Assembly (NCBI RefSeq): GCF_002571385.2
Contig: NW_019218803.1
Location: 1-64,000, forward strand
Reading direction: 5' to 3'
Origin: Stylophora pistillata
Taxonomy: Eukaryota
DNA: 64,000 nt
Part shown: piece by piece, positions 27,169 through 38,982 of the stretch
Layout of the letters: every line of letters begins with the position of its first letter
Position numbering within the stretch: position 1 is the stretch's first letter
The notes under the pieces: model-generated
Database searches by the model: none
Seen by the model: only the letters and a program-made list of their open reading frames with translations
Told to the model about the DNA's origin: nothing
Position numbers and translations under genes: made by a program

Positions 27169-28874
27169 TAAATTTGATGTATAGTATTTTGCAAGGCTGG
27201 TGTCTTAAAAAAAATCTCTGGAGAACACTGAATTGTAAGCAAGTATTTTATTATCTATCATACATTATAGCTGGATAATTTGCTTAAAGTAAGTTAATTG
27301 TATTTTATTCTTGTGGAATGCTTGTGTTTATTACAAATTAAAAGGATTTATTTTTTCAATATAATCATCAAATTCTAATAAGTGGTGCATTACATGCATA
27401 TGACTGTTTTCAATTATGTCATTTTAACAATTTGAATGAGTAGTACAAATTTTGGCCATGACATGTACTTTAAGACATGTTTATGGATGTAATGAAATGC
27501 CACAATCTCAGGGCAATTGCAGAATTTGCAAGATATAAATAGTGTCAAGGTGTATATTACTTAACAATAGCGATAAATTTTCAGCAAAATGTCAAAGTTA
27601 AAGTGTCAGTTATTGAAATAAAATCATGGTGTGAAGAGTATTTCGAGTGCATTTCTATCGTTTGTAACCTGGTTCCAATGCATGTTTCATATCCAAATTC
27701 AGTTGATTTGTACCTAGGGGGCCTATTTACTTCAGGTACTTTGGGGAGTGGTATATTTTAAGAGGGGGGGGGGGCTTATTGAATTAGCTCAATGTTTCCT
27801 ACCAGGATACCATAGGATATACTGTATTTATTCAAAAATTGTTCTGATTTTACATTTTTTTCACTTACCAAATTGGCAGAGTTAAAACCCTCAGTCTGAT
27901 GTAAAGTTCGTAGACCTTATTCAATTGATGCCAACAAGATGATATCAATCAATCAATCACCATAATCAACTTTACATGAGAAACTAAAATCACAACACTT
28001 GAATAAATTTATCATACTTACTAATATAGGGAGTTTTTGGAATTTTTGCTTTTTGAGGGGGAAGGGCTTACTAGAGGGTGGGGCATAATAAATTTCTTCC
28101 TCTAAAGAGGGGGGTGGCTTATCAGAAGGGTGGGCTTAATGGAGGATTTATGGTACATTCATTCACATCTTGCACTTGGTCTACTGGGTAGGAAAGAACT
28201 GGTAACTGCAAAGATTATTAATTGTGAACCTTGAACTACTTCCATTTGGCACAATATAATGTGAAAAATTAACTGTTATTCCACCCCAAAATGTCTGTTG
28301 GCCAACTGTTCACCAACAGGTGGCCAACATAACGAAAACAAATTCAGAAAGGAGTAAATAGACTGTCATCTTGGGAAGTTTGACTTTTCACAATTACCTC
28401 AAAATGAATTTTGACGAACACCACGTGATAGAAGTAAATTGTGGGTGCAAGGCATTATTGATTGGCCACATCGATATTCATTTATGTGAACTTGATTTGT
28501 AATATGTGACTGATGCATTTCGTTCCACTGAAATTGGAAGAGTTTAGTTAGATTTGACACTGACAAGTAAATTTTTTCAAAGACTCACAAAATTGCATGA
28601 GCCTGTGTTTTCGTTGTGTTTTTTGTGTTTCATTTGCCAATAGTTGGCCGACTGATATTTTGGGAAGCTGTTCTTCAATTTTACCCAAATTTTTTATGGA
28701 ATTAGGACTGAGTAAAATCCAATTTGGTCTTAAATCATACCAACTACTGATTTACAAAATCAGGCACCTGCAAAGCAAGAGTCTGATTTGTTAAACATGT
28801 GATCAACACAAATTGTTGTTGCCAATTCATCAAAGCTAATCATGGGACAAGATTTGAGCACAAAACACCTGTTT

Positions 28875-29140
28875 CCATCCCACCCCAGGGGAGGACATCC
28901 ATCACACAGTAATCTCGTGTGTGGGAAATTAACGTCTCCTACCCCAACCCTGCAGGAGACGGGACCTCCATTTATTCGTCCCTATCCAAGAAGACTAGAA
29001 TATCTAACCATTTCTTGAGGTTATAGAAAGGCAGCAAATTCTTCTCAATTATTTTAAGACCCTGAGTGTTGGTCCGGCCGGGGCTTGAACCCTCGACCTC
29101 CCGCACAACAGTCCAGCGCTCTATCCATTGAGCTAACCGG
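28875..29140 (-). mobile_element. tRNA-derived SINE, 3'-truncated copy
   Basis: The reverse complement is near-identical to 55221-55487, with A and B boxes in the head. Confidence 0.9.
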
Positions 29141-29185
29141 AAGTTGATTTCTGAAGTTCAAAATCTACTTTTTATTGGCATGTAC

Positions 29186-32100
29186 CTGTGGCTGTAGTAG
29201 AAACCAACTTCCTCCACTAAGGTGAAAATTGCAATTTCAAACAGTACCCATTGGAAGGATGGTAATTCTGGTCCAAAGGAACAGCCTCGCCGCGTGTACA
29301 CAGGGTACAGGACAACAGAGAAAACGCCCCCAACTACAATCTGGTTGAACAAAACCAACTTCACGGCACGCATGAGCTTTTTACGATCAAGCTGAAAATA
29401 AAAAAAGGCACCCTGTTGATACAAGACTGTGGTTTCCACTCTCTGATTGATTTTAAAGAGAACATACAATGACATAAAATAACTTGTATTCAAACTCTTC
29501 TTCAAAATCAGCTGGTATTTCTGACTTCTTAAACTAAGAATTTCTCAATAAGTTATAACCATCTAAAGATTTGACTTCTTGTCAATAAAAATTTCTCCAT
29601 GTTTTCAAATTTTCTGAAGCAGTCTTTTTCCTTTTTCTTTATTTTGAACTCAAATTAAGCATTTTTTAAAAAAGGAATACTCAAATCAAAGTCTTAATTA
29701 AGGAGGACTCCACCCCCCAAAAATCAGTAATACCTTGTTGAGTTTACTTAAGACCTTTCACTTGTACTCTTTCATCCTAAATCTTAATTCTTTGCACTTT
29801 GTACAACTTTTCTTGTGATTCCACCAATAGAATTTGATACTAAATAAAACAATTCAACATCAATGATATTTTTCTTTTTTTTTTTTCATCACCTTTCTAT
29901 TTGAAAATGCAATGACATTGTACAGTATTAATTAAGGAAGTGAAAGGGTTAAATTTCAACACTAATAACAACAGTTTAAATTTCACTACATCAACATGAT
30001 TTACCGGCTGATTGGTTCCATCCTGTATTTTATACTGCAGTACCCACTTGGGCCAGCCAGTAAGATCCAGGAATAAATAAAATGCATTGAACAACCAAAA
30101 TACAGCAATTGTCACCACATTTGTTCCTAAAAAAATAAACACACAAATGAGTGAAAGATGTTAACTTGTTTTAGTTAAGACAGCAAAATAGATGTGACAT
30201 TGGCATGCATATTCTCCTTATTGTTTTCAATAGATTTCCTACACGTAAAGTACTGTCAAGTAGAGTTTTGGTAACTATACAGAGCATCTTCTGTTGGCCA
30301 TCTTTTCTTTTATTCTCATCACCTTCATTTGACTAAGCAGTGATGCTGTAAGGAGAATTAAGATGCCTGTCACTTCTAGGGATTAAGGGTTTAAGATTTC
30401 ATAGTGCCAAGTGGCTACTTGGTGAAGGTCAATGCAAAGGATTTTTTTTTTTCATTTGAGATGCCCATGTTTTAGTCTTATCCATATAAAATATCTTTTT
30501 TGGCTTGAAAATCACTGAAGCAGTTTCATTTATTTTCTACTTTGCTCTGTCTCAAATATCATAGTTTGGGATAAAGGAAGATTGCAAAATATATTCAACC
30601 AGAGGACATCCAGGTCAAGCAATCAATAGACAAGTGATAACTGTGAAAAATACACAAGTCCTCTCACCAACAACTGTGAGTAAAAATTCATCTCCACCAA
30701 ATAATGAGTGGAATTTTGTCCACCATCCCTGCCACAGATCCCCTGAGGCTCCCCAAACACGTTCCACATGCCTGTGATTAAACAGATTGTTATTTGAATC
30801 AGAGACAATAGGTGAACATATTGCTTCTGATAATATTATCAAAGGCAAGGAGAGAGATTGTTGAAGAGCTAAAAACTCTGAATTACAACATGTATTTTGG
30901 CTTTCAATTGAGGTGCATTTCGTCCAGGGCTTCACCCACTGGATAGGACAGCATGCTGTTCTCTAGACATTTCCCAAGTTGCTGAAAAGGAAAAGTTGTT
31001 CAACAATCATGCGCATTTTAGTTCGCAATAATTTCCTTTATTCTTGTGACCTTAGTGTTTGATTCAGGGGAATCACACACTAAGAGAATCTAGATGCTAG
31101 TCATTCTTAATGATTTACCAGTTTAGTTCATCAACTGCTATATGTTAAAAAATTTAATACCAAAATGTGGAGGGGGACAGATGACACCAAAGCATGATCA
31201 AGAGAGAACTTTTAATAATAGTAAAGTGGAAGGTCCTGGACAGAGGAAGATTAAGAACCATTTTGCAGCAACCCCTGGGTGGAAGACTCACAAGAGACCA
31301 GCTTCCAAAGAGACATCTGTGGATGATCATGGAGGGGTGCACATAGCCTGCAGTGCGGGCGTATTTTGGGCGCACGAGTGCACATTTTCGTATTAGGCCG
31401 CCATCTTAGATTTGGTAACTGTGGAGGATTGGGGCGAGGAAATATTTGCTGAGGGAGTAGGTGTTGAGTGGAAAAATGGGCAACAGGGGAGAGGGAGGGG
31501 AAGGAAAAAATAAGCCTGCCGGCAAAGCCTGTGATTTTGCAAAACCCGTACACCAGATAGACGGGGCCTCTGATTGGTGCGGTAGGTTGAAACTGGATTG
31601 ATGCCTGTCATCTAAAGTAGTTTTCTTCCGGTCGTTCCGGAATTGGGAGCTGGAGTGATTTGGAGAGAAAATGGCGGATACCCTAAGCTTTTATGCCGCT
31701 CTCGCAGAAGCGCTTTTATTTCTCTCTGAGCTCGGTATGTCCCTCGTATTAAGCCCAGAACAAAAGGAAGAGATTTCTTCTCTTGTTCATGGAAGGGATT
31801 TACTAGCAGTGCTTCTGACAGGCTTTGGTAAAGCCTCATCTTCCAGTTGTTGATCCGAGTGAAGCAAATCTTATCGTTGAAAGCTGTGTGTGTGATTGTT
31901 GTCTGTCCACTCAAAAGCATCCTGCAAGATCAGCTGGCGGAAGCATCTTTAGTGTGTTTGAGGGCGACATCCCTTGCTGGTGCTAGTTTACAAGATGTTG
32001 AAAACAGCAAATAGTTTTGATTTTCTCCATGAAGGGCTCGCTTTGACAAACTGGAACAACTGGCCAAGACTGCCAGTTTTCCGGCTACACAGGTTGCAAA

Positions 32101-33031
32101 CGCGATCAGAATATGTTACAGGATCCTGCAATAATACTAATCCTACACGACTACAAACCTCTGCTAAAACAACTCCAAGGCTGTCCTTCCTCTGCGATGG
32201 TCTAAAAGGGTTTTCCGAGGACGAGTACACTTGTTTGCCCGGAATGTTTCCAAATTTCACTTTAATAGAGCTTTTGCAAATCATACAGCTGTCGTTAGGA
32301 CATCTTTCTGACATAACTTCACTCACATACTCGCTCGCTCAATTCTGTTTCACACGAAGTTGACAAATACACGTGTGTCAATGTTTTTGTCGGAAGTAAA
32401 TTTTTGGCTTCCATCCGGTAAAAGCAAAAATCGATTATCATTGGCTGCTTGCACATTTCCGGAGAGGCGGTCAATCGCTGCTAATTAGGGGGCATTTTGC
32501 GAAATCACAGGCTTTGCGGGCAGGTGTATTTTTTCCTTCCCCTCCCTCTCCCCCGTTGCCCATTTTTCTACTTAACACCTACTCCCTCGGCAAATATTTC
32601 TTCGCCGCAATCCTCCACTGTTACCAAATCTAAGATTGCGGCCTAATACGAAAATGTGCACTCGTGCGCTCAAAATACGCCGGCACTGCAGGCTAGGGTG
32701 CACAAAGAACTGTATTTTATTGTAGTATGTATGATTTCTTACCAAGTGATGGTGTTTCTTGCTGCTGCAAAGCAAATTAATGCTGTACCAACTACAAAAG
32801 CTGTTTTCTTCAAGGCAGCTATCACAGACTTGTTATCCTAAGAAAAAAAGATAAAAAAGATTTTGTTTTTGGATCTTGTACAAACATTACACAATGTGGA
32901 CAGGTTTGAAGCTCTGTGTAATTATACAATAATTATCGACAGAAGTTTTTTACCGTAGGAGGTGCATTCTTATCTCTTGGCTTGGCCCATTCTGGTTCGG
33001 GCATAACTGGACTGCCTTCTACTTCTGTCAT
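29186..33031 (-). CDS. FAXDC2: Fatty acid hydroxylase domain-containing protein 2-like. Only the 5' five coding exons were found (possibly truncated or a pseudogene)
   Basis: Exons 32954-33031, 32743-32837, 30668-30771, 30005-30126, 29186-29391, phase-consistent. KKTAFVVGTALICFAAARNTITWHVERVWGASGDLWQ, LDLTGWPKWVLQYKIQ and ELPSFQWVLFEIAIFTLVEEVGFYYSHR match FAXDC2. I found no downstream His-box exons. A probable non-coding first exon has its donor near 34280. Confidence 0.85.
31671..32014 (+). pseudogene. Frameshifted N-terminal fragment of a RecQ-like SF2 helicase (transposon-borne)
   Basis: LSPEQKEEISSLVHGRDLLAVLLTGFG, then after a 1-nt frameshift SLIFQLL...CVIVVCPLKSILQDQL. These are motif I (TGxGKS) and motif Ia. 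Confidence 0.85.
31988..32326 (-). pseudogene. N-terminal CxxC...CxxC zinc-finger-like fragment of the transposon's second gene
   Basis: DSCMICK ... SDRVCNLCSRK, lying inside the TIRs and convergent with the helicase remnant. Confidence 0.55.
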
Positions 33032-34466
33032 CCTGAAAAGTGAAAAGTAAAAGAATATTAGGCTCTTGGTCTATACAGCATCCATTCAACAAAGCAATAT
33101 TTAACAATTTCCTTATAATATTCAGTTGCTTGATGAGCAGGATATTGGAAAAGAAATGCCTAGGAAAACCATGACTTATTTTGAGGCCTAAAATCAACAG
33201 AGGAAGGTTCAAGACTTCCTTTGTGTTTCAGTCACAGGTCATCAGGTATTTAACATTTTTTTCCTTCTGAATAGAACATTTTGATAAAATATATAAAAGA
33301 GCAGAATACTAAAACTGAAAATAGCCACAAATTCCCTCGACATTGTTGGTGAATTGTCCCCCTTAGCATCAACTTGTGTTCTCCAAGAAATAACCTATCT
33401 AAATCAATTTTTTTCAAAGCCTAGTGGATATTATTGTATCATTATGAAAATAATTCCTTAGCGTAATATCATACAAGTTGAACAGGAATGACAGGCAATC
33501 AAGTTAATAAGGTGCAATCTTTCCGTATTCCCTAGGGAGCCTTGTTTTTTTTGCTATCATTGAAGGAACCCCCCTCCCACCTACCAACCCCCAACCCAAC
33601 CCACTTTTGCCCACGCAAGTGATAATAAATGAAATATTCACAAAACTATAACTAATTTTGAACAAGATGTTCATGTTTTCTTTGCCACCATATTAACACT
33701 GAAGTGGAAATTCTCATGCGTAAGTTCAATACACGGATCAATACATCTAATCGATTCCTTTGTATTTAAATCTAAACTTAGCTCGATAAACGAAATGTTT
33801 CAAAATTTACATGTTCCGTTCTTGCTGAAAGACTGGTCCGTAACAAGATTTCATTAATTAAAATAACATAACTCTCAAACGCTGCTGATCAGTTTTACGA
33901 AGCAAAAACTTAAGATTTTGCTTCACTGGCCCTTATTTATATTAAGTTATGCACCACAATAATTCTAATATCAGCATATGATTCAATATTTATTAAGACA
34001 AGAGTCAAAACATCGCAACAGTCCGCCATAATCTTTCTTTCCGAGAAACCCACCACATAACCTCGGCAGAAGACAAAAACTGGCCCATTTCGACTATTTT
34101 CAAACAATTTGATAGCATCATTGGTGGACGATAACGTGTATTAAAGAGAAAAGACTGAAAATGGCGAGAATCTAAGCGGAATACGGCAAAGCATAATTTG
34201 GTATGAAAAGTTGCATGACAACATATGTTCGCATGGGCGGTTGGTTTCCAACCAAAAAATTGTTCACTCTCTACGCTTACCTCACTTTCAGGCTGCTCGA
34301 ATTTAAACCTTGCCTATTCTTCAACCTCAGTAATAGATACCTCTCCTGAATACCTCAGCTAACTTTCCTTTTCCGCTTGACATCAAAGTCTAGCCATTTC
34401 ACCCTGCTCGATTAATTTCTTGACAATCATGTGACTCAAAACAGTACAAAGTCCCCTGGGATAGGC

Positions 34467-34478
34467 CCAATGACGTCA
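34467..34478. promoter_or_regulatory. CCAAT + full CRE (TGACGTCA) upstream of the presumed FAXDC2 first exon
   Basis: CCAATGACGTCA at 34467-34478 and a similar CCAATGACGCAA near 34615. Function is inferred only. Confidence 0.35.
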
Positions 34479-34865
34479 GTGCTATGGCTACTTGTCGAGA
34501 GTCTTGAATGACCTTGCCTTTAGGACAGGATATTGCAAATTTTTATCGACGTCAGAAATTTGATGAAAGACGGCTACCCCCACAAATCTAACGTAAATGA
34601 TCCAGGAACTGATCCAATGACGCAACAAACGAACCCTTCCGCGCGCATGACCTGCTGGGAAAACTATTAGGTCGCGTTTCAGAAAACGTGACCTTTCCAC
34701 GGTTACTGGATAAGAACACGAGCCATTTCGTTACATTTCTCTAGATTGGTTCAGCGAATAAACCTCTTTGACTTCTCTGTTTTGGTTACACATTTCAGGT
34801 CTCAAGGAACTTTCATATTTTCTTAAAAAAGGGCTCGGACACTTAATTAAAATTTCGGCTAACAG

Positions 34866-35230
34866 CTTGAACTTGAACTTGAACTTTATTTTTATTTAGA
34901 CACGGTAAATCTATCAGATAAAATAATAATATTATTACAATCTATTATTAATCTATAAAAACATGATCTAAAATTTAAAAGTGAAATAGAAAAAATAAAG
35001 AAATTCTGCTTTACATAGATGCTGTGTGCGTTTTGTCGATTCAGACGAAGAAATTGCGACAACCATTTCGAAACTGATTGAAGTGATTTTGCTTGCCACA
35101 ATTCAGGGGACAAGCTATTCCAGATAACCGCACCGTTATAGCTAAAGCTATTTTTCAGGAAATTGGTGCGGGGCAATGGAACTGCTAGTTTGTTTTGAGA
35201 GTTCCTTAGATTATAAGGAGGATCATATTT
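34866..35230 (-). mobile_element. 3' end of a non-LTR retrotransposon (CR1/L2-group LINE)
   Basis: YNLRNSQNKLAVPLPRTNFLKNSFSYNGAVIWNSL is typical of the ORF2 C-terminus. It is followed by AATAAA and a (GTTCAA)n tail on the minus strand. Confidence 0.85.
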
Positions 35231-37184
35231 AGTGAAAAGAGAACCATTAACCAAGATAGTCGGGTGCAAGACCATGTATAGACCATGTACAGTGGGGTAG
35301 GGCTGGGGGGGGGAACCTTTTTGGAAGGAAGGCGCTTAATCGAAGGGGGTGCTTATTGAGAAATTTTCAACCTGTACTAGCTTTATGATTTAAGAAGGAA
35401 TAGCAACAGGTTTCCCTTGTATACTGACTACTTGAGAAAATGAGGGAGGAGGTAGGGCCCTTATTCGACTGCAGGCGCTTGTTTGATCTTATGGCCAAGG
35501 GACGGGGGTGGTTGCTTATTTGGGGGAGAACGCATATTCGAGGAAATACAGTATACGTACATACGCACATACACATACGTACATACGCACGTGAGGAAAC
35601 TTGCAAGAAACAGCTTACGAATAAAACGATTCATTCTGACTACACTCAGGCGAGATGTTCAATGTGAAAGTTTGAGTCAGCCAGCCTTGTAGTATACGCA
35701 TCCTACTACTAGAATCTACAATGTACTGGAAGTATTACTGAAACTAAAGGGCTATACAAAATAGCCTGTGCTACGCCAGATACGAAAAACCACAAAAAAA
35801 ACCACCCTTTAGAAGTGGCCAAAAATATGTGGAAACGTATTCCTCATCTAATGCAGCAGCACTGTACCCCGAGGAAAGGGTAATTAAAATAAACCTAAAT
35901 ACACCACTAATCACACAGAAAACTCAATGAAGGCAGTGATATTTTACAGAGAGTTGTAAACAAAATTGCATTAAATAAGAAAAAAGAAAGTGATCAAAGC
36001 TAAGACTGACCGACCTAGAATGACTTAATTTCCCGCGAAACGCTTAAATAATCTGAAACTACCGTGATGCCACGCGAACCTCTTCAACGTGCCGTCAGAA
36101 TATTAATTTCTGACTAATTCGTCACTCAAACGTCAGAAATTACATAATCTGACAGAACCGCCAAATTAGAGCCCATTCTTAGCTCACTTCTGTCGAGATC
36201 CGTCTGGGGTCCAAACCTCGTTGTCTCACCCCTCCCCCTCCACTCCCCAACCTTCCGCCCCCCTCCTTCGAGGTGACTTTTTTAAAATTGAATTTTAGTA
36301 ATTTTGGTCGATTTGAATGCAGACGCCTCACATCGTAATGTCGCCAGAGAAAGTATAATAACCCCTGTATTTTCTCCTGTCGACCACTTGAGCTGGAGAG
36401 TCTAGTATTCTAGAAGCAATGTCTCTTGAACACGGGTCGTCCGTGATTCTCTCTAAGGCCTTTTCATTAGCAAGATATTTAGAGGCTGTTTTTCTTCGTT
36501 TAGTTTTCTGTTTTCTTATAAGAACTATTAGGAGTCTTAAGAACTATTAACTATTAGAAAAGAACTATTAAGTGGAAGAGAAAGATTGGAAAAGCCAAAT
36601 TAAACTGTTCTATAGCAGCCTCTACAAAGAAAATTAAAGTTTTAATGGATACTCTTTCGTATCTTCAAGTTAGGAAAGAGTGTGAAAACTAGCAAAGGAA
36701 TCAGAGGGATGGCAGGGCGGAAAAGTATCTGGTACCCAGACCTTTCACGGCCAAAATACACGGTTAAAAAAACGGATCTGGGTTACGTGATTAGAGGAAA
36801 GAGTAGTAACAGCAGGGGTAGGGATAGGAACCGTGGTAGCTTGAGTAGTAATAGGAGCAAAAGAAGCAAAATTACCAGGTGAATAGAATTCGACACCAGA
36901 CGGTGCTATGTTGTAGAATGTCGTAGGATAAAAAAAATATGTACGAGCCTGCAATGCCACATTACGGAGGTGTTGCGAACTACACCAGGCGCTTAAGTGC
37001 TCATTAGCGTACCAGACCTCTCTCTTTTAATTTGTAGTTGTGACCGGCCGAAAAACGTTAGAGGGTAGCACATGTACGCGGACAACTATTCCTCATTTTG
37101 ATCTCATTTCACAATTTTAAAAATCCAGTAAGACTTGTCACTTTTCTAGACAAAAACTCGCGATTTTATTAGGTATTGAAAAAG

Positions 37185-38938
37185 ATGGGTGAGACTACTG
37201 AAAAAAAGGACGAAATTAGGGATGTCGCTGATTTACTAGCAAAAACTAAAGTCGAACAAGTCAACGTTGTAAGTTTCAAAGGAAAAAGTATCAAGTTGAA
37301 CACTACTGATGATGGTAAGCCTTTGTGATACTATTCGGCGGATAAATAAGTTGGACAGCGCTCTGTTGAGCTCTTAAAATTAACACGAACTCGACAGGTC
37401 GTTTTAATCTTTTAGTCTGAGGACATTTTCATGCAGAAAGGATTATTTCTGAATATGATTGTAAGAAAAAAATTATCGGCAAAAATTCGACTTGTGGCAA
37501 GTTGCTAAGTAACAAAGAACATGACATTGATAGGGATTGAGAACCTCTTCAGGTGTTGTAGCATAAATGTTTATTTTCTGTCTGTTGAGATGCCATCGTG
37601 CATGCTCTTCCCAGTTCTCAATTTAACTTCTAAGTTACCATGTAGCATTCTAAAATCTTGAAGTGGTCACCAATGTACCGGGTCTTTTTCTTTTAAATAT
37701 ATTAGCTGCAGAGGTTGTAAATACAATCAAGGCAAGCAAAGATGTCCAAGCCTTGTGTTTAGAAGGCAACACCATAGGAGTAGAAGCTGCGAAGGCCATT
37801 GGAGAAGCACTGGCAACAAGACCTGAATTTGAGGTGATAAGAAATAATTATTAAAGATGCAAAAAAAATAAAGAGTAACTAATGTAGTTAGTTAAACCAG
37901 CTGCCTCTGCTTTCTTGTATGCATGACTTGTAGCAAATACTGTATTAGGTTCAGGTAAGAGTTACTGAAGAGAGGAGCAGTGCATTTAGCTCAGTTATAG
38001 CATTGCACACATCGGTCACTTAATGCAGGGCCGATTTCCTCCGAGTTGTCACCAAACTGTGGAAGTTTGCAAACTACTTAGAGGAGTGCACTAAAAACTC
38101 GGAGGAGTTTGTTGACAGCTTAAAGGAGTTCAGTGACAGCTTAGGGGAGTTTGTTTACAGCTTAAAGGAGTTCAGTGACAGCTTAGGGGAGTTTGTTTAC
38201 AGCTTAAAGGAGTTCAGTGACAGCTGAGGGGAGTTTGCTGACAGTTCAGAGGATTTTACTGATAACTACTCAGAGGAGTGCACTAAAAAACTTAGGAGTT
38301 TGCTGACAGCTCTGGGGATTTTGTTTATAACTTATGGGAGTTCATGACAGTCACACTCAGTGAGAAAGTTAAGATTGTTTTTACATTTCTCTTACTATAG
38401 AGAGCATTATGGAGTGACATATTTACTGGCAGACTAAGATCTGAAATTCCACTTGCATTGGTAAGTCAGAGAGGATCAGTTATGTTGAAAGTTCAAAATA
38501 AANNNNNNNNNNNNNNNNNNNNNNTTTTTTTTTTATTATAATAATGATAATAATAAACACGGGTGAAGATAAATTTTATTTAGCAATAATTTCCATAAAA
38601 TCCTTTACAATACAAAATATTAACAGCGTAAAAAACGATCTAAAATAACTCACTTTCGGCTCACATCTACTCCTTTTTTTTTTGTCAAAGCGTCTGGAAA
38701 ACTATAAATAACGGAGTCAAATCTGAACAGATTCGAAATCTAATAATCTGATAAGTAAAAGCATATCTAAGACTATACAGAAAAGAGAAAGGTGAATGGC
38801 AAATCTAGAACCCCAGACACAAAGCTGCTAAAAATCATTAAACAATGTCAATGGCTCCCTCGGCAGCTGTGATTTCAACGTCACAATTATTATAGTCATT
38901 ATAAATTATTATAGTTATTATTATTATCATTATTGTTA

Positions 38939-38982
<44 letters not shown>

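Larger units (their letters stand above)
31344..32695. mobile_element. Internally deleted AcademH-like DNA transposon in a FAXDC2 intron
   Basis: About 200-bp TIRs starting TAGCCTGCAGTGC and ending GCACTGCAGGCTA. Perfect 9-bp TSD GGGTGCACA (31335-31343 and 32696-32704). Convergent remnants of a RecQ-like helicase (+) and a Cys-rich ORF (-). Confidence 0.85.

Noticed and set aside
26700-28220. Possible further FAXDC2 exons on the minus strand (acceptors near 28205, 27713 and 26830)
   Set aside because: They give short non-homologous peptides or immediate stops, with no His boxes.
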